Assembly (NCBI GenBank): GCA_963804645.1
Contig: CAWDRG010000006.1
Location: forward strand, 1-64,000
Source: an uncultured Bacillota bacterium
GTDB lineage: Bacteria; Sysuimicrobiota; Sysuimicrobiia; Sysuimicrobiales; Segetimicrobiaceae
Length of the DNA stretch: 64,000 nt
Direction of reading: 5' to 3'
Shown: positions 1 through 9,479 of the stretch, in pieces
Layout: each line of letters starts with the position of its first letter
How positions within the stretch are numbered: the stretch's first letter is position 1
The notes under the pieces: model-generated
Databases searched by the model: none
Seen by the model: the letters and a program-made list of their open reading frames with translations, nothing else
Told to the model about the DNA's origin: nothing
Program-made: the position numbers and the translations under genes

Positions 1-759
1 GAGAGGCTTCAGGCGGTAGGCCGCTGGCGCGTGTGCCCGCGGCTTGCCTCATTTAATCGCGTAATCGCGACCGCCAAAATCCCGATGACCTACGAACGGT
101 TCAAGGACGTCGGGTACTACGAGCTGACGATCGATGAAACGCCGTTCGTGGGCTTTGCCGCGTTTCGCAAGGACCCGGCCGCGAATCCGCTCGGCACGCC
201 GTCCGGAAAGCTCGAGATCTACTCGGCGTCGATCGCGAAGTACGGGTATGCGGACAGCCCGCCGACCCCCCAGTGGATGGAGCCGTTTGAATGGCTGGGC
301 AGCCCGAAGGCCGCCACGTATCCGCTCCATCTGATTACGAAGCACCCGATCTGGCGGCGGCACTCGTCGTACGACAACGTGCTGGAGCTGCACAAGGTCA
401 GCAAGGTCAACGGGTACGAGCCGGTGTTCATCAATCCGCAGGACGCGGCGGCCCGTGCGATCAGCACCGGCGACGTGGTCCGGGTGTACAACGACCGCGG
501 GCAGCTGCTCGCCGGCGCCGTGGTGTCCGAACACACGCGGCCGCGTGTGGTGCTCATTCACGAAGGCGCCTGGTACTGCCCGGCGACCCCGGGGCAGATC
601 GGCGCACTCGATCGCGGCGGATGCGCGAACAATCTGACGTCCCAGCGCGGATCGTCGCAGCTCATTCAGGGACCGGTCGCGAACACGAATCTCGTCCAGA
701 TCGAGAAGCACTTCGGCGGGGAGCGCCCGAACGACTGGGCGCCGATCCAGGGGACGTAG
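1..759 (+). CDS. Molybdopterin oxidoreductase (DMSO/TMAO/biotin-sulfoxide reductase family), C-terminal part; 5' end is outside the window or interrupted
   Basis: TPSGKLEIYS, LHLITKH..RRHS, INPQDAAARAI..GDVVRVYNDRG and HEGAWY are motifs of the molybdopterin dinucleotide-binding domain. The frame is open from base 1. Confidence 0.88.
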   Translation, partial: ERLQAVGRWRVCPRLASFNRVIATAKIPMTYERFKDVGYYELTIDETPFVGFAAFRKDPAANPLGTPSGKLEIYSASIAKYGYADSPPTPQWMEPFEWLGSPKAATYPLHLITKHPIWRRHSSYDNVLELHKVSKVNGYEPVFINPQDAAARAISTGDVVRVYNDRGQLLAGAVVSEHTRPRVVLIHEGAWYCPATPGQIGALDRGGCANNLTSQRGSSQLIQGPVANTNLVQIEKHFGGERPNDWAPIQGT

Positions 760-775
760 GACGGGGGATTACCCC

Positions 776-815
776 AAGCGCCGACGCGCCCCCGAATCGG
801 AGGCGCGTCGGCGCT
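776..815. terminator. Stem-loop downstream of the oxidoreductase
   Basis: AAGCGCCGACGCGCC...GGCGCGTCGGCGCTT 15-bp inverted repeat just after the stop. Confidence 0.6.
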
Positions 816-936
816 TGGCGTGCGGACTGCGGTGCACGGGTCACGTCTGCAATTGACGTGCGGAGCGTTGGGTGTGAGATCGAAGACTGACTACGCGTGT
901 CGCTTGCGGTCCAACGTCCGTTGGAGGTCTCGTGTG

Positions 937-974
937 CTTCGCCCGGGGCGCGTGACCGCGCGCCCCGGGCGAAG
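937..974 (-). terminator. Stem-loop after the convergent Pro/Gln-rich gene
   Basis: CTTCGCCCGGGGCGCG / CGCGCCCCGGGCGAAG 16-bp inverted repeat, 6 nt past the stop at 981. Confidence 0.65.
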
Positions 975-980
975 AAGCCC

Positions 981-2561
981 TTACTTACCCTGATTCTGGC
1001 AGGACGGATCCTGACTTGATGGAGTGCACTTCGGTTGCGCTGCCGTCCCCTTCGTCGACTGCTGCGGCGCCTGTTTGGCCGGCTGCTGCTGGGTTGGCTG
1101 CTTAGCTGGCTGCGACTGCTGCGGCGCCTGTCGAGCCGGCTGCTGCTGGGTTGGCTGCGACTGCTGCGGCGCCTGTTTGGCCGGCTGCTGCTGGACCGGC
1201 TGCGACTGCTGCGGCGCGGTGCCCGTGGGGCGCTGGGTTCCCGCCTGCGGCTGATGCGGCGTCGTGCCGGTGGGCTGTTTGGTCGCCGGCTGCGGCTGCT
1301 GCGGCGCGGTGCCCGTGGGGCGCTGGGTTCCCGCCTGCGGCTGATGCGGCGTCGTGCCGGTGGGCTGTTTGGTGGTCGGCTGCGGCTGCTGCGGCGCGGT
1401 GCCCGCGGGGTGCTGGGTTCCGGCCTGCGGCTGATGCGGCGTCGTGCCGGTGGGCCGATTGGTCGCCGGCTGCGGCTGCTGTGGCGCGGTGCCCGTGGGG
1501 CGCTGGGTTCCGGCCTGCGGCTGATGCGGCGTCGTGCCGGTGGGCCGATTGGTCGTCGGCTGCGGCTGCTGCGGTGCGGTGCCCGTGGGGCGCTGCGTTC
1601 CCGCCTGCGGCTGGCGCGGCGACGGTGTTCCCGTCAGTTGGTGCGTCCCCGCCGGCGGCTGTTGCTGCGGAAAGTCGCGTACGGCCGGCGTACCATAGAC
1701 TTTGGCCATGGAGTAGGCCGGCGCGTCCCACTTTGCGTTGCCCTGATACACCGTGGCCTGCCGATAGACGTTCACGTTCACGCCCGTGTACGGCTGATAG
1801 GACGGCCGGTAGTAGTACTGATGATATGGGCCGTAGTATGGGTACCGATAGAAGTGTCCCCCGGAATCACGGGAGACGATGTACGGATCGCCGTTGACGA
1901 TCACCGTTCCAATCACTGCGCCAATGATCGCCAAGGCGACCGTGACGATCGGAGACGATGACGGATAGAACCCCGTGTACGGTCGGTACCCGGTATTGTA
2001 GTAGCGGTGATAGTATGCGCCGTAGTAGGGATATCGGTAGTAGTTCCCATCGGGCCCGCGGGTCACCAAGTACAAGAGTCCCGCGACGACGACGGTCCCG
2101 AGCACCGCACCCCAAATCGGCAGGGGTGATACGCCTGCTGCGGCCGGCGGAGCCGTCGGGACGGGGCCGGTCACGTTGACCTCGGTGACGACGAGCTGGC
2201 TATTCTCCGGCGCCAGCCATACGGTGGCCGGTGCTCCTATGTAGCCTTCGAGGCTGCAAAACGGCAGATTTGCCGAGTCCACGTTCGTAAACGCATTGTC
2301 CGACGTGGCGAATGTCTGCTGCCCGTTCTCGGTATCAATGACCATCGTCTGGGCCTGGCAATCGACCGCGTCGATCGTTCCCTGGATGTTCACGGCCGAC
2401 GATTGAGCAGACGCGATCCCGCTCATCCCCAGGAGGGGAAGCGCGAGGCAGAGTGCGATCGCGATGACCGCCTGCGTCCCCCACGCTGTTCCGCCTGCGA
2501 TGCTCGTTTTCGCGAACCCACGCTTGTGCAGTCCGTTGATAATCCGTCGCCTCATGCTCAT
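981..2561 (-). CDS. Secreted or membrane protein with duplicated Tyr-rich modules and a Pro/Gln/Thr tandem-repeat tail
   Basis: 526-aa ORF, AGAGGAG RBS, signal-peptide-like segment ending ASA-Q, two YRYPYYG modules, 15/30-aa repeats, terminal Cys pair. Confidence 0.75.
   Translation of the reverse strand: MSMRRRIINGLHKRGFAKTSIAGGTAWGTQAVIAIALCLALPLLGMSGIASAQSSAVNIQGTIDAVDCQAQTMVIDTENGQQTFATSDNAFTNVDSANLPFCSLEGYIGAPATVWLAPENSQLVVTEVNVTGPVPTAPPAAAGVSPLPIWGAVLGTVVVAGLLYLVTRGPDGNYYRYPYYGAYYHRYYNTGYRPYTGFYPSSSPIVTVALAIIGAVIGTVIVNGDPYIVSRDSGGHFYRYPYYGPYHQYYYRPSYQPYTGVNVNVYRQATVYQGNAKWDAPAYSMAKVYGTPAVRDFPQQQPPAGTHQLTGTPSPRQPQAGTQRPTGTAPQQPQPTTNRPTGTTPHQPQAGTQRPTGTAPQQPQPATNRPTGTTPHQPQAGTQHPAGTAPQQPQPTTKQPTGTTPHQPQAGTQRPTGTAPQQPQPATKQPTGTTPHQPQAGTQRPTGTAPQQSQPVQQQPAKQAPQQSQPTQQQPARQAPQQSQPAKQPTQQQPAKQAPQQSTKGTAAQPKCTPSSQDPSCQNQGK
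1057..1615 (-). repeat. Coding tandem repeat: 90-bp units (two 45-bp sub-units), about 4.5 copies, plus about 3 related 45-bp units
   Basis: GGCTGATGCGGCGTCGTGCCGGTGGGC recurs at 1249, 1339, 1429 and 1519; encodes QPQAGTQRPTGTAPQ/QPQPATNRPTGTTPH. Confidence 0.9.
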
Positions 2562-2859
2562 GCCACGATCTCCTCTCTATGTCCGCGGTGCCCGTGCCAC
2601 CACAGCGTTGCCGATCTCGGTGCGGACACTTCCACGGGCGACCGCCGCGAAGCCAGGTGCGGATCACCCCGCACATTGCACCCCTCGACAGCCTCCTCAT
2701 TGAGCGTACTCGGGGACGAACGCCGCGTCTGTTCAATTACGCACATGTGTCCCGGCATCAGGGGGCGTCGAGTCTGCACGCGCACGGGAGGTCCGCGCGG
2801 CGGTCCCCGGGTGTCCGGCGCGTCTCGAGGAGGCCGTTCACGGCGCGGGGTCTCCCGTT

Positions 2860-2888
2860 TTGACTCCGCCGGCCTCTGTGTGTACAGT
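2860..2888 (+). promoter_or_regulatory. Sigma70-type promoter
   Basis: TTGACT-17 bp-TACAGT upstream of the 2924 gene cluster. Confidence 0.65.
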
Positions 2889-2923
2889 GTGAGCGTGAGT
2901 GAGGTCGTGCGGGAGGGTGGGTC

Positions 2924-3718
2924 GTGACGGGGCAGCGTCCGCGCATAGGGATCGTCGGGGCCACACGGAACGAGCGGGAGCTCGGTGCGTTTCAGGCCTA
3001 CGTCGAGGCCATCGAACACGCCGGCGGCGAGGCGGTGCCCGTCCTGGCGGGGACCGCATCCGGCTCGGTCGCCGGGCTCGACGGCGTCCTGCTCACCGGG
3101 GGGCCGGACGTGGACCCGGCGCGCTACGGAGAGGCGACGCAGCCGGAGACGTTCGTCGAGCCGGATTCCCTGCGCGACGCGCTGGAGCTGCCGCTCGCCC
3201 GGGCGGCGGTGGACGAGGACGTGCCGGTGCTCGCGGTCTGCCGCGGCATCCAGGTGCTGAACGTGGCGCTCGGCGGCACGCTCTATCAGGACGTCGATGT
3301 CCAGCGGGACGGACGGCAGGCGTGGACTCATCAGCAGCGCCGGTCGCAGCCGGACGCGCCGCTCGATGCCGCGCTGCACGACGTGGAGATCGCGCGCGGG
3401 ACCCGGCTCGCCGAGATCGCGGAAGGCGCGCGCCTCGGCGTCAACACGTTCCATCATCAGGCGATCAAGCAGGTCGCTCCGGGCCTCGTCGTTACCGCGT
3501 GGGCGGCCGAGCCCGAGACGCGCGGGCCGGACGGGCGCCTGATCGAGGCGGTCGAAGCGCCGACGCGCGCGTTCGTCGTCGGCGTGCAGTGGCATCCCGA
3601 GCGCATGTGGAAGCGGGATCCCGCGCACGCGAGGCTGTTCGAGGCCCTCGTGTCCGCGGCCGCGCGCCGTCGCACGGCGTCCACGTCAGCCGGCGCGGTC
3701 GGGGACCGCGTTGGCTAG
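2924..3718 (+). CDS. Gamma-glutamyl-gamma-aminobutyrate hydrolase family (peptidase C26, class I glutamine amidotransferase)
   Basis: DGVLLTGGPDVDP, PVLAVCRGIQVLNVALGGTLYQD, VNTFHHQAI, GVQWHPE catalytic motifs. Confidence 0.92.
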   Translation: MTGQRPRIGIVGATRNERELGAFQAYVEAIEHAGGEAVPVLAGTASGSVAGLDGVLLTGGPDVDPARYGEATQPETFVEPDSLRDALELPLARAAVDEDVPVLAVCRGIQVLNVALGGTLYQDVDVQRDGRQAWTHQQRRSQPDAPLDAALHDVEIARGTRLAEIAEGARLGVNTFHHQAIKQVAPGLVVTAWAAEPETRGPDGRLIEAVEAPTRAFVVGVQWHPERMWKRDPAHARLFEALVSAAARRRTASTSAGAVGDRVG

Positions 3719-4724
3719 TGTGCCGCTTGTTGAGACCACGCGAGGGGCCGCGCGGGAGTCGCTGCATCACGGCGCGGTTGTGGTCGTGGATCGGTCCGGT
3801 CGGGTGCGCTACCGCGCGGGCGATCCGGACCTCGGGCTCTTCCTCCGCTCCTCCGCGAAGCCGCTGCAGGCCATTCCCCTCGTGGAGTCGGGCGGCGCCG
3901 ACCGGTTCGGCCTGAGCGAGCGCGAGTTGGCGGTGACGTGCGGGTCGCACGCGGCGGAACCCGAGCACCTCGCGGCCGTGCGATCGCTCCTGTCCAAGGC
4001 GGGGCTCGACGAGGGCGCGCTGCAGTGCGGCGCGCACGCGCCGGGCGACCCGGCTCAGGCCGCCGCACTGGCGCGCGAGGGGCGCGCCCCGACGGCAATC
4101 CACAACAACTGCTCGGGCAAGCATGCCGGGATGCTCGCCGCGTGCCGCGCGCGGGGGTGGCCGATCGAGACGTACCGCGCGCCGGAGCACCCGCTGCAGC
4201 AGGAGATCGCGGGCCTCGTCAGCGAGTTCTCGGGCATCTCCCGCTCGGCCATGGTGCTGGGCACGGACGGCTGCGGGGTCCCCACGTTCCGGATGACGGT
4301 CGCGCAGGTCGCGCTCGCGTTCGCGAAGCTGGCCGATCCGTCCGGGATGCCGGCTCCCCGGGCTGAGGCGGCGCGGCGCCTGACGCGCGCGATGACCGCG
4401 CACCCGGTGCTGGTTTCGGGGACCGGACGTCTGAACGCGGTGCTGATGGAGGCGATGGGCGACCGTCTGTTCGCCAAAACGGGCGCGGAGGCGGTGTTCG
4501 GCATCGGCCTCCTGGAGCAGGGGTGGGGCATCGGCGTGAAGATCGAGGACGGCAACAACCGCGGTATGGGGGCCGTCGTTCTGGACACGCTCCGGCAGCT
4601 CGAGCTCGCGGCCCCGGCAGACCTGGCGTCCCTCGCCGCGCACCACCATCCCGCGATCCGCAACCATGAGGGCCGGGTCGTCGGGGAGATCAGGCCGGTG
4701 TTTGCGCTGGAGAAGGTATCCTAG
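3711..4724 (+). CDS. L-asparaginase II (Rhizobium AnsA-type)
   Basis: RSSAKPLQA, CGSH, HNNCSGKH, DGCGVP, AKTGAE, KIEDG motifs. Confidence 0.92.
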   Translation: MASVPLVETTRGAARESLHHGAVVVVDRSGRVRYRAGDPDLGLFLRSSAKPLQAIPLVESGGADRFGLSERELAVTCGSHAAEPEHLAAVRSLLSKAGLDEGALQCGAHAPGDPAQAAALAREGRAPTAIHNNCSGKHAGMLAACRARGWPIETYRAPEHPLQQEIAGLVSEFSGISRSAMVLGTDGCGVPTFRMTVAQVALAFAKLADPSGMPAPRAEAARRLTRAMTAHPVLVSGTGRLNAVLMEAMGDRLFAKTGAEAVFGIGLLEQGWGIGVKIEDGNNRGMGAVVLDTLRQLELAAPADLASLAAHHHPAIRNHEGRVVGEIRPVFALEKVS

Positions 4725-4779
4725 CGCCCGGCGCGTAATTTCGGCCGTCTAAGTCACCCACGGCGTGGGGGAGGAGTCC

Positions 4780-5601
4780 ATGAAGGTCTTTATCTCTGCG
4801 GATATGGAAGGCACGGCCGGCGTCACCGATTGGGAGCAGGTGCTGCGGCGCGAACCGGAGTACGTGCGCTTCCGTCGGCTGATGACCGAGGAGGTCAACG
4901 CGGCGATCCTCGGGGCGCTCGAGGGCGGCGCGAAGGAGATCGTGGTCAGCGACTCGCACGGCGACATGCGGAACATCCTGATCGAGGAGCTGCACCCGCA
5001 GGCCCAGCTGATCAGCGGCAGCCCGAAGCCATACGGGATGATGCAGGGGATCGATCCCTCGTTCGACGCGGTGTTCTTCACCGGCTATCACGCGTACGCG
5101 GGCACCGCGAACGCGATCCTCGACCACAGCTACGCGAGCTCGCTGGTGCGCCACATCAAGCTGGGGAACCTGCTGGTCGGCGAGGCGGGCCTCAACGCGG
5201 CGCTCGCCGGTCATTTCAAGGTCCCGGTGGCGCTCGTGACGGGCGATTCGACCGCCGTCGCGCAGGCGAAGAAGCTGATCCCGCAGGTCGAGGCGGTCGC
5301 GGTCAAAGAGGCGATCGGACGCCTGGCCGCCCGGTCCTACCAGCCGGTCGAGGCCCGCCGCCGCATCAAAGAGGGCGCCGTGCGGGCGCTGAAGCGCATA
5401 CGGGACCTCAAGCCGTTCGTGATCCCAAAGCCGGTCGCGCTCGAGATCGAGTGGCTGTTCACGGCCATGGCCGACCGCTGCATGCTGATTCCCGGAATGA
5501 TCCGCGTCAATCCCCGCGCGGTTGCGTACAAGGCGAAGGACGCTGAGCAGGCGCTGAACCTCACGCTCGCGTGCCTGGTGCTGGCGCGGTCCACCGTCTA
5601 G
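4780..5601 (+). CDS. dppA: D-aminopeptidase, peptidase M55 family
   Basis: MKVFISADMEG, VSDSHG, GYHA, LDHSY, GEAGLNA; GAGGAG RBS. Confidence 0.92.
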   Translation: MKVFISADMEGTAGVTDWEQVLRREPEYVRFRRLMTEEVNAAILGALEGGAKEIVVSDSHGDMRNILIEELHPQAQLISGSPKPYGMMQGIDPSFDAVFFTGYHAYAGTANAILDHSYASSLVRHIKLGNLLVGEAGLNAALAGHFKVPVALVTGDSTAVAQAKKLIPQVEAVAVKEAIGRLAARSYQPVEARRRIKEGAVRALKRIRDLKPFVIPKPVALEIEWLFTAMADRCMLIPGMIRVNPRAVAYKAKDAEQALNLTLACLVLARSTV

Positions 5602-5610
5602 GAGCCCGGC

Positions 5611-7335
5611 ACGGCCGATCACCCGCGCGCGCCCGAGCCTCCCGCCGGCCCTCCCAAGGGCCGGGCGGGAGCGCCGTTTGCGGCCCTCGCCGCGGCCCTC
5701 GACGACGTGCGCGCCACGTCGGCGACGAACGCCAAGATCGACCGGCTCGCGCCGTACCTCGCCTCGCTCGACGACGCCGATCTCAGGCTGGCGTGCACGT
5801 TTCTCGCCGGGCGCCCGTTTGCCCCGGGCGACGGCCGCCGCCTCGGGATCGGGTGGGCGGCGATCGTGGGCGCGCTGCGCGATCTCACCCGCATCCCCGA
5901 TGATGTGCTCGGCGCGACGTACCGGACGCACGGCGACCTCGGCGACACCGCCGCCGCCCTGCTCGCGCGCTACCCGCCGCCGGCCCCGCTGGTCTCTCAC
6001 CCGCTGACGCTGGCCCGCGTCGAGCTCGCGTTCGGGGCGATCGCCGCCGCGCAGGGGACCGCCTCGCGCGGCACCAAGGCCGCCGTCCTGCGCGGCCTCG
6101 TGGAAGACGCCGCGCCGCGCGAGGCCGCGTACCTCATCAAGATCATGACCTCCGACATGCGGGTGGGCCTCCGCGAGGGCCTGCTCTTGTCCGCGATCGC
6201 CGCCGCGTTCGGGCGCGCCCCCGCGTCCGTCCGGCAGGCGGCGCTGTTCGTCGCCGATCCCGGAGAGATCGCGGTGCGCGCGCGCTCGGGTGATCTCGAG
6301 CACGCCGCGCTCGTCCCCGGGCGTCCGTTCCGGTTCATGCTCGCGAGCCCGGTCGCCGCGCCTGAGGAGGCGCTGGACCTGGGCGGCCCGGCCCTCTGGG
6401 TGGAGGACAAGTACGACGGGATCCGGGTGCAGGTCCACCGCGCCGGCGGCGCGGTCCGGATCCTGTCCCGCACGCTCGACGACGTCACGGCCGCGTTCCC
6501 CGAGCTCGTGGCGCCGCTCGGGTCCCTCGCCGAGACCTACATCCTCGACGGGGAGGTCGTCGCCTGGAAAGGCGCGCGCGCCCTCGAGTTCTTCCTGCTG
6601 CAGCAGCGTCTGCAGCGGCGGGACCCTGGGCCGCTCCTCGACGAGATCCCGGTGGTGCTGGTCGCGTTCGACCTGCTGCACCTCGACGGCCGCGATCTGC
6701 AGACGGCCCCGCTCGGGGCGCGGCGCGCGGCCCTCCTCGCCCTCGGCGCGCGCGCGCCGGTGCGCGTCAGCACCGGCGCGTTCGGCGGTACCGCCGACGA
6801 GCTGGACCGGAGGTTCCGGGAGGCGCGCCGCGCCGGCAACGAGGGCATCGTGATGAAGCGCTTCGACGCCCCGTACCAGCCGGGCCGGCGCGGGCGGCTG
6901 TGGATGAAGTGGAAGCCGGGGGTGGGCACGCTCGACGTCGTGGTCGTCGCGGCCGAGTACGGCCACGGCAAGCGCGCGGGCGTGCTGTCGGATTACACGT
7001 TCGCGGTGCGCGACGGCGACCGGCTCGCGACGATCGGCAAGGCGTACAGCGGGCTGACCGACGCCGAGATCGCCGCGCTGACGGCGTGGTTCCTCGCCCA
7101 CACGCGGCGCGATCTCGGCGCGATCCGTCTCGTCGAGCCGGCGGTCGTGCTGGAGGTTGGCTTCGACGCGATCACGCGCAGCGCGCGGCACGACTCGGGG
7201 TTCGCGCTGCGCTTTCCCCGGATCGTGCGGGTCCGGGACGACAAGCCGCCCGAGGAGATCAACACGCTCGACGACGTGCGGGCGCTGTTCGCGCGGCTGA
7301 GCCGGCGCGGAGAGGAAGCCTCTTCCGAAGCGTAG
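5611..7335 (+). CDS. ATP-dependent DNA ligase (LigB/archaeal-like, with N-terminal DNA-binding domain); start uncertain (ACG 5611 or GTG 5707)
   Basis: EDKYDGIRVQVH motif I, ILDGEVV, AFDLL, EGIVMK, WMKWK, ALRFPR. Confidence 0.9.
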   Translation, partial: TADHPRAPEPPAGPPKGRAGAPFAALAAALDDVRATSATNAKIDRLAPYLASLDDADLRLACTFLAGRPFAPGDGRRLGIGWAAIVGALRDLTRIPDDVLGATYRTHGDLGDTAAALLARYPPPAPLVSHPLTLARVELAFGAIAAAQGTASRGTKAAVLRGLVEDAAPREAAYLIKIMTSDMRVGLREGLLLSAIAAAFGRAPASVRQAALFVADPGEIAVRARSGDLEHAALVPGRPFRFMLASPVAAPEEALDLGGPALWVEDKYDGIRVQVHRAGGAVRILSRTLDDVTAAFPELVAPLGSLAETYILDGEVVAWKGARALEFFLLQQRLQRRDPGPLLDEIPVVLVAFDLLHLDGRDLQTAPLGARRAALLALGARAPVRVSTGAFGGTADELDRRFREARRAGNEGIVMKRFDAPYQPGRRGRLWMKWKPGVGTLDVVVVAAEYGHGKRAGVLSDYTFAVRDGDRLATIGKAYSGLTDAEIAALTAWFLAHTRRDLGAIRLVEPAVVLEVGFDAITRSARHDSGFALRFPRIVRVRDDKPPEEINTLDDVRALFARLSRRGEEASSEA

Positions 7336-7346
7336 AACAGCCCAGC

Positions 7347-8687
7347 ATGATGTCGCGCGCGCGCTGGATCGGGCTCGTGTGGGGATGCGCGGCCGTCGTG
7401 TCGGTCGCCCTCGCGCTGTGGCCCGCCGGCACGCGGGCGGCCCCCGCCGCGCCGTCCGGCGGGACGACCGTGGACGTCATTCACCTCGACGGCGTCATCG
7501 GCCCGGCGACGTCGCGCTATCTCCAGCGCGGCCTCGCCCAGGCGGCGCAAGACAACGCGCAGGCGCTGATCATCGAGACCGACACCCCCGGCGGCCTGCT
7601 CTCGTCGATGGACGACATGACGCGCGCGATGCTGGCCTCGCCGGTGGCGACGGTCATGTACGTCTACCCGAGCGGCGCGCGCGACGCGTCCGCCGGCGTC
7701 TTCGTGACGTACGCCGCGAACATCGCCGCGATGGCGCCGACAACCCACCTCGGCGCCGCCCATCCGGTGACGCTCGGGGGCGGCCAGCTCGATGCGACCG
7801 AGATGACCAAGATCACGAACGACGCGGTCGCGCAGATCCGCGGGTTCGCGGTGCGGCGCGGGCGGAACGCCGACTGGGCGGAGCAGGCGGTGCGCAAGAG
7901 CGTCGAGCTGACCGAGACGGAGGCGCTGCGCCTCCACGTCATCGACGTGATCGCCTCGTCGCCCCAGGACCTGCTGGACAAGATCGACGGCCGCACGGTC
8001 GAGACGTCCACCGGGACCCACCGCCTCCAGACGCGCGGCGCCCGGCTGGTCGACATCCCGATGGAGCTCAGCGAGCGGATGCTCTTGCTGCTCGGCGATC
8101 CGAACATCGGGTTCATCCTGATGACGATCGCGATCTACGGCATCATCTTCGAGCTCGCGAACCCCGGATCGGTGTTTCCCGGCGTGATCGGCGGGATCGC
8201 GGCGATCCTGGCGATGGCGTCGTTCGCGGCCATCCAGGTCAACACCGCGGGGCTGTTCCTGATCGGGTTCGCGCTGATCTTGTTCATCGCCGACCTCAAG
8301 GTGCCGAGCCACGGGGTCCTGACCGCGGGCGGGCTCATCTCGTTCGTGCTGGGCTCGATGCTGCTCACCCAGCGCGAGGCGCCGTTCCTCCAGATTTCCG
8401 TGACGCTGATCGGCACGATGGCCGTGCTCACGGCGGGCTTCTTCTTCTTCGCGGTCGGCGCGGGCGTGCGCGCTCAGCGGCGCCGGGTGCAGACTGGACC
8501 CCAGGCGCTCGTGGGGGCCCTCGGCACGGCGCGGTCCGATCTGGCGCCGCGCGGGCAGGTGTTCGTGCAGGGCGAGCTCTGGTTCGCGGAGAGCGCGGAC
8601 GGCGCCATCCCCGCCGGCCAGCAGATCCGCGTGTTGCGCGTCAACGGGCTGCACCTCACGGTGCGGAAGGAAGGGGATCCGACGTGA
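7347..8687 (+). CDS. nfeD: NfeD family membrane-bound serine protease (long form, ClpP-like domain)
   Basis: DTPGGL, ARDASAG, MAPTTHLGAAHPV, RGRNADWA, transmembrane bundle, C-terminal OB domain (GQVFVQGELW). Confidence 0.92.
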   Translation: MMSRARWIGLVWGCAAVVSVALALWPAGTRAAPAAPSGGTTVDVIHLDGVIGPATSRYLQRGLAQAAQDNAQALIIETDTPGGLLSSMDDMTRAMLASPVATVMYVYPSGARDASAGVFVTYAANIAAMAPTTHLGAAHPVTLGGGQLDATEMTKITNDAVAQIRGFAVRRGRNADWAEQAVRKSVELTETEALRLHVIDVIASSPQDLLDKIDGRTVETSTGTHRLQTRGARLVDIPMELSERMLLLLGDPNIGFILMTIAIYGIIFELANPGSVFPGVIGGIAAILAMASFAAIQVNTAGLFLIGFALILFIADLKVPSHGVLTAGGLISFVLGSMLLTQREAPFLQISVTLIGTMAVLTAGFFFFAVGAGVRAQRRRVQTGPQALVGALGTARSDLAPRGQVFVQGELWFAESADGAIPAGQQIRVLRVNGLHLTVRKEGDPT

Positions 8688-9454
8688 CCAGCACGCTGTT
8701 CGGCCCGCTCGCGGTCGGGGTCATCATCGTCCTCATCGCGCTGTGGAGCTCGACGATCAAGATCGCGCGCGAGTACGAGCGGGGGGTCGTGTTCCGCCTG
8801 GGGCGCCTGCTGGCCGTGAAGGGGCCCGGCGTGATCTTCCTGATCCCGATCGTCGACCGGATGATCAAGATCGACCTGCGGGTCGTGACCCTCGACGTGC
8901 CGCGCCAGGAGATGATGACCCGCGACAACGTCCCGGTCACCGTGGACGCGGTCGTCTACTTCCGGGTCGTCAACTCCGACGATGCGGTCGTCAAGGTGGA
9001 GAACTATTCGAAGGCGACCTACCTGCTCGCGCAGACGACGCTGCGCAGCGCGATCGGCCAGCACGAGCTCGACGAGCTGCTCAGCCAGCGCGACCGGATC
9101 AACCAGCAGCTGCAGCAGGTGATCGACGAGGGCACCGAGCCGTGGGGCGTCAAGGTGACCCACGTCGAGGTCCGCGACGTTGCGCTTCCCGAGGGCATGA
9201 AGCGCGCGATGGCCAAGCAGGCCGAGGTCGAGCGGGAGCGGCGCGCGAAGGTCATCAACGCCGAGGGGGAGTTTCAGGCGGCGGAGAAGCTCGTCGAGGC
9301 CGGGCAGAAGATCGCGGCCGAGCCGATCGCCCTCCAGCTGCGCTACCTGCAGGCGCTCACCGAGATCGCGTCCGACCGGAACACCACGACGATCCTCCCG
9401 ATCCCGATCGACCTGCTCGCGCCGTTTGTCCGGAAGGGGCCGTCGGGCGGCTGA
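8684..9454 (+). CDS. SPFH/stomatin (slipin) family protein
   Basis: EYERGVVFRLGR, TRDNVPVTVDAVVY, AQTTLRS, AEGEFQAA, LQLRYLQ; GTGA overlap with nfeD. Confidence 0.95.
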   Translation: MTSTLFGPLAVGVIIVLIALWSSTIKIAREYERGVVFRLGRLLAVKGPGVIFLIPIVDRMIKIDLRVVTLDVPRQEMMTRDNVPVTVDAVVYFRVVNSDDAVVKVENYSKATYLLAQTTLRSAIGQHELDELLSQRDRINQQLQQVIDEGTEPWGVKVTHVEVRDVALPEGMKRAMAKQAEVERERRAKVINAEGEFQAAEKLVEAGQKIAAEPIALQLRYLQALTEIASDRNTTTILPIPIDLLAPFVRKGPSGG

Positions 9455-9479
9455 CCGGGCCGCCGCACCGAGGCCTGCG

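Noticed and set aside
1057..1615. CRISPR array
   Set aside because: The units are contiguous in-frame coding repeats with no unique spacers, and there are no cas genes.
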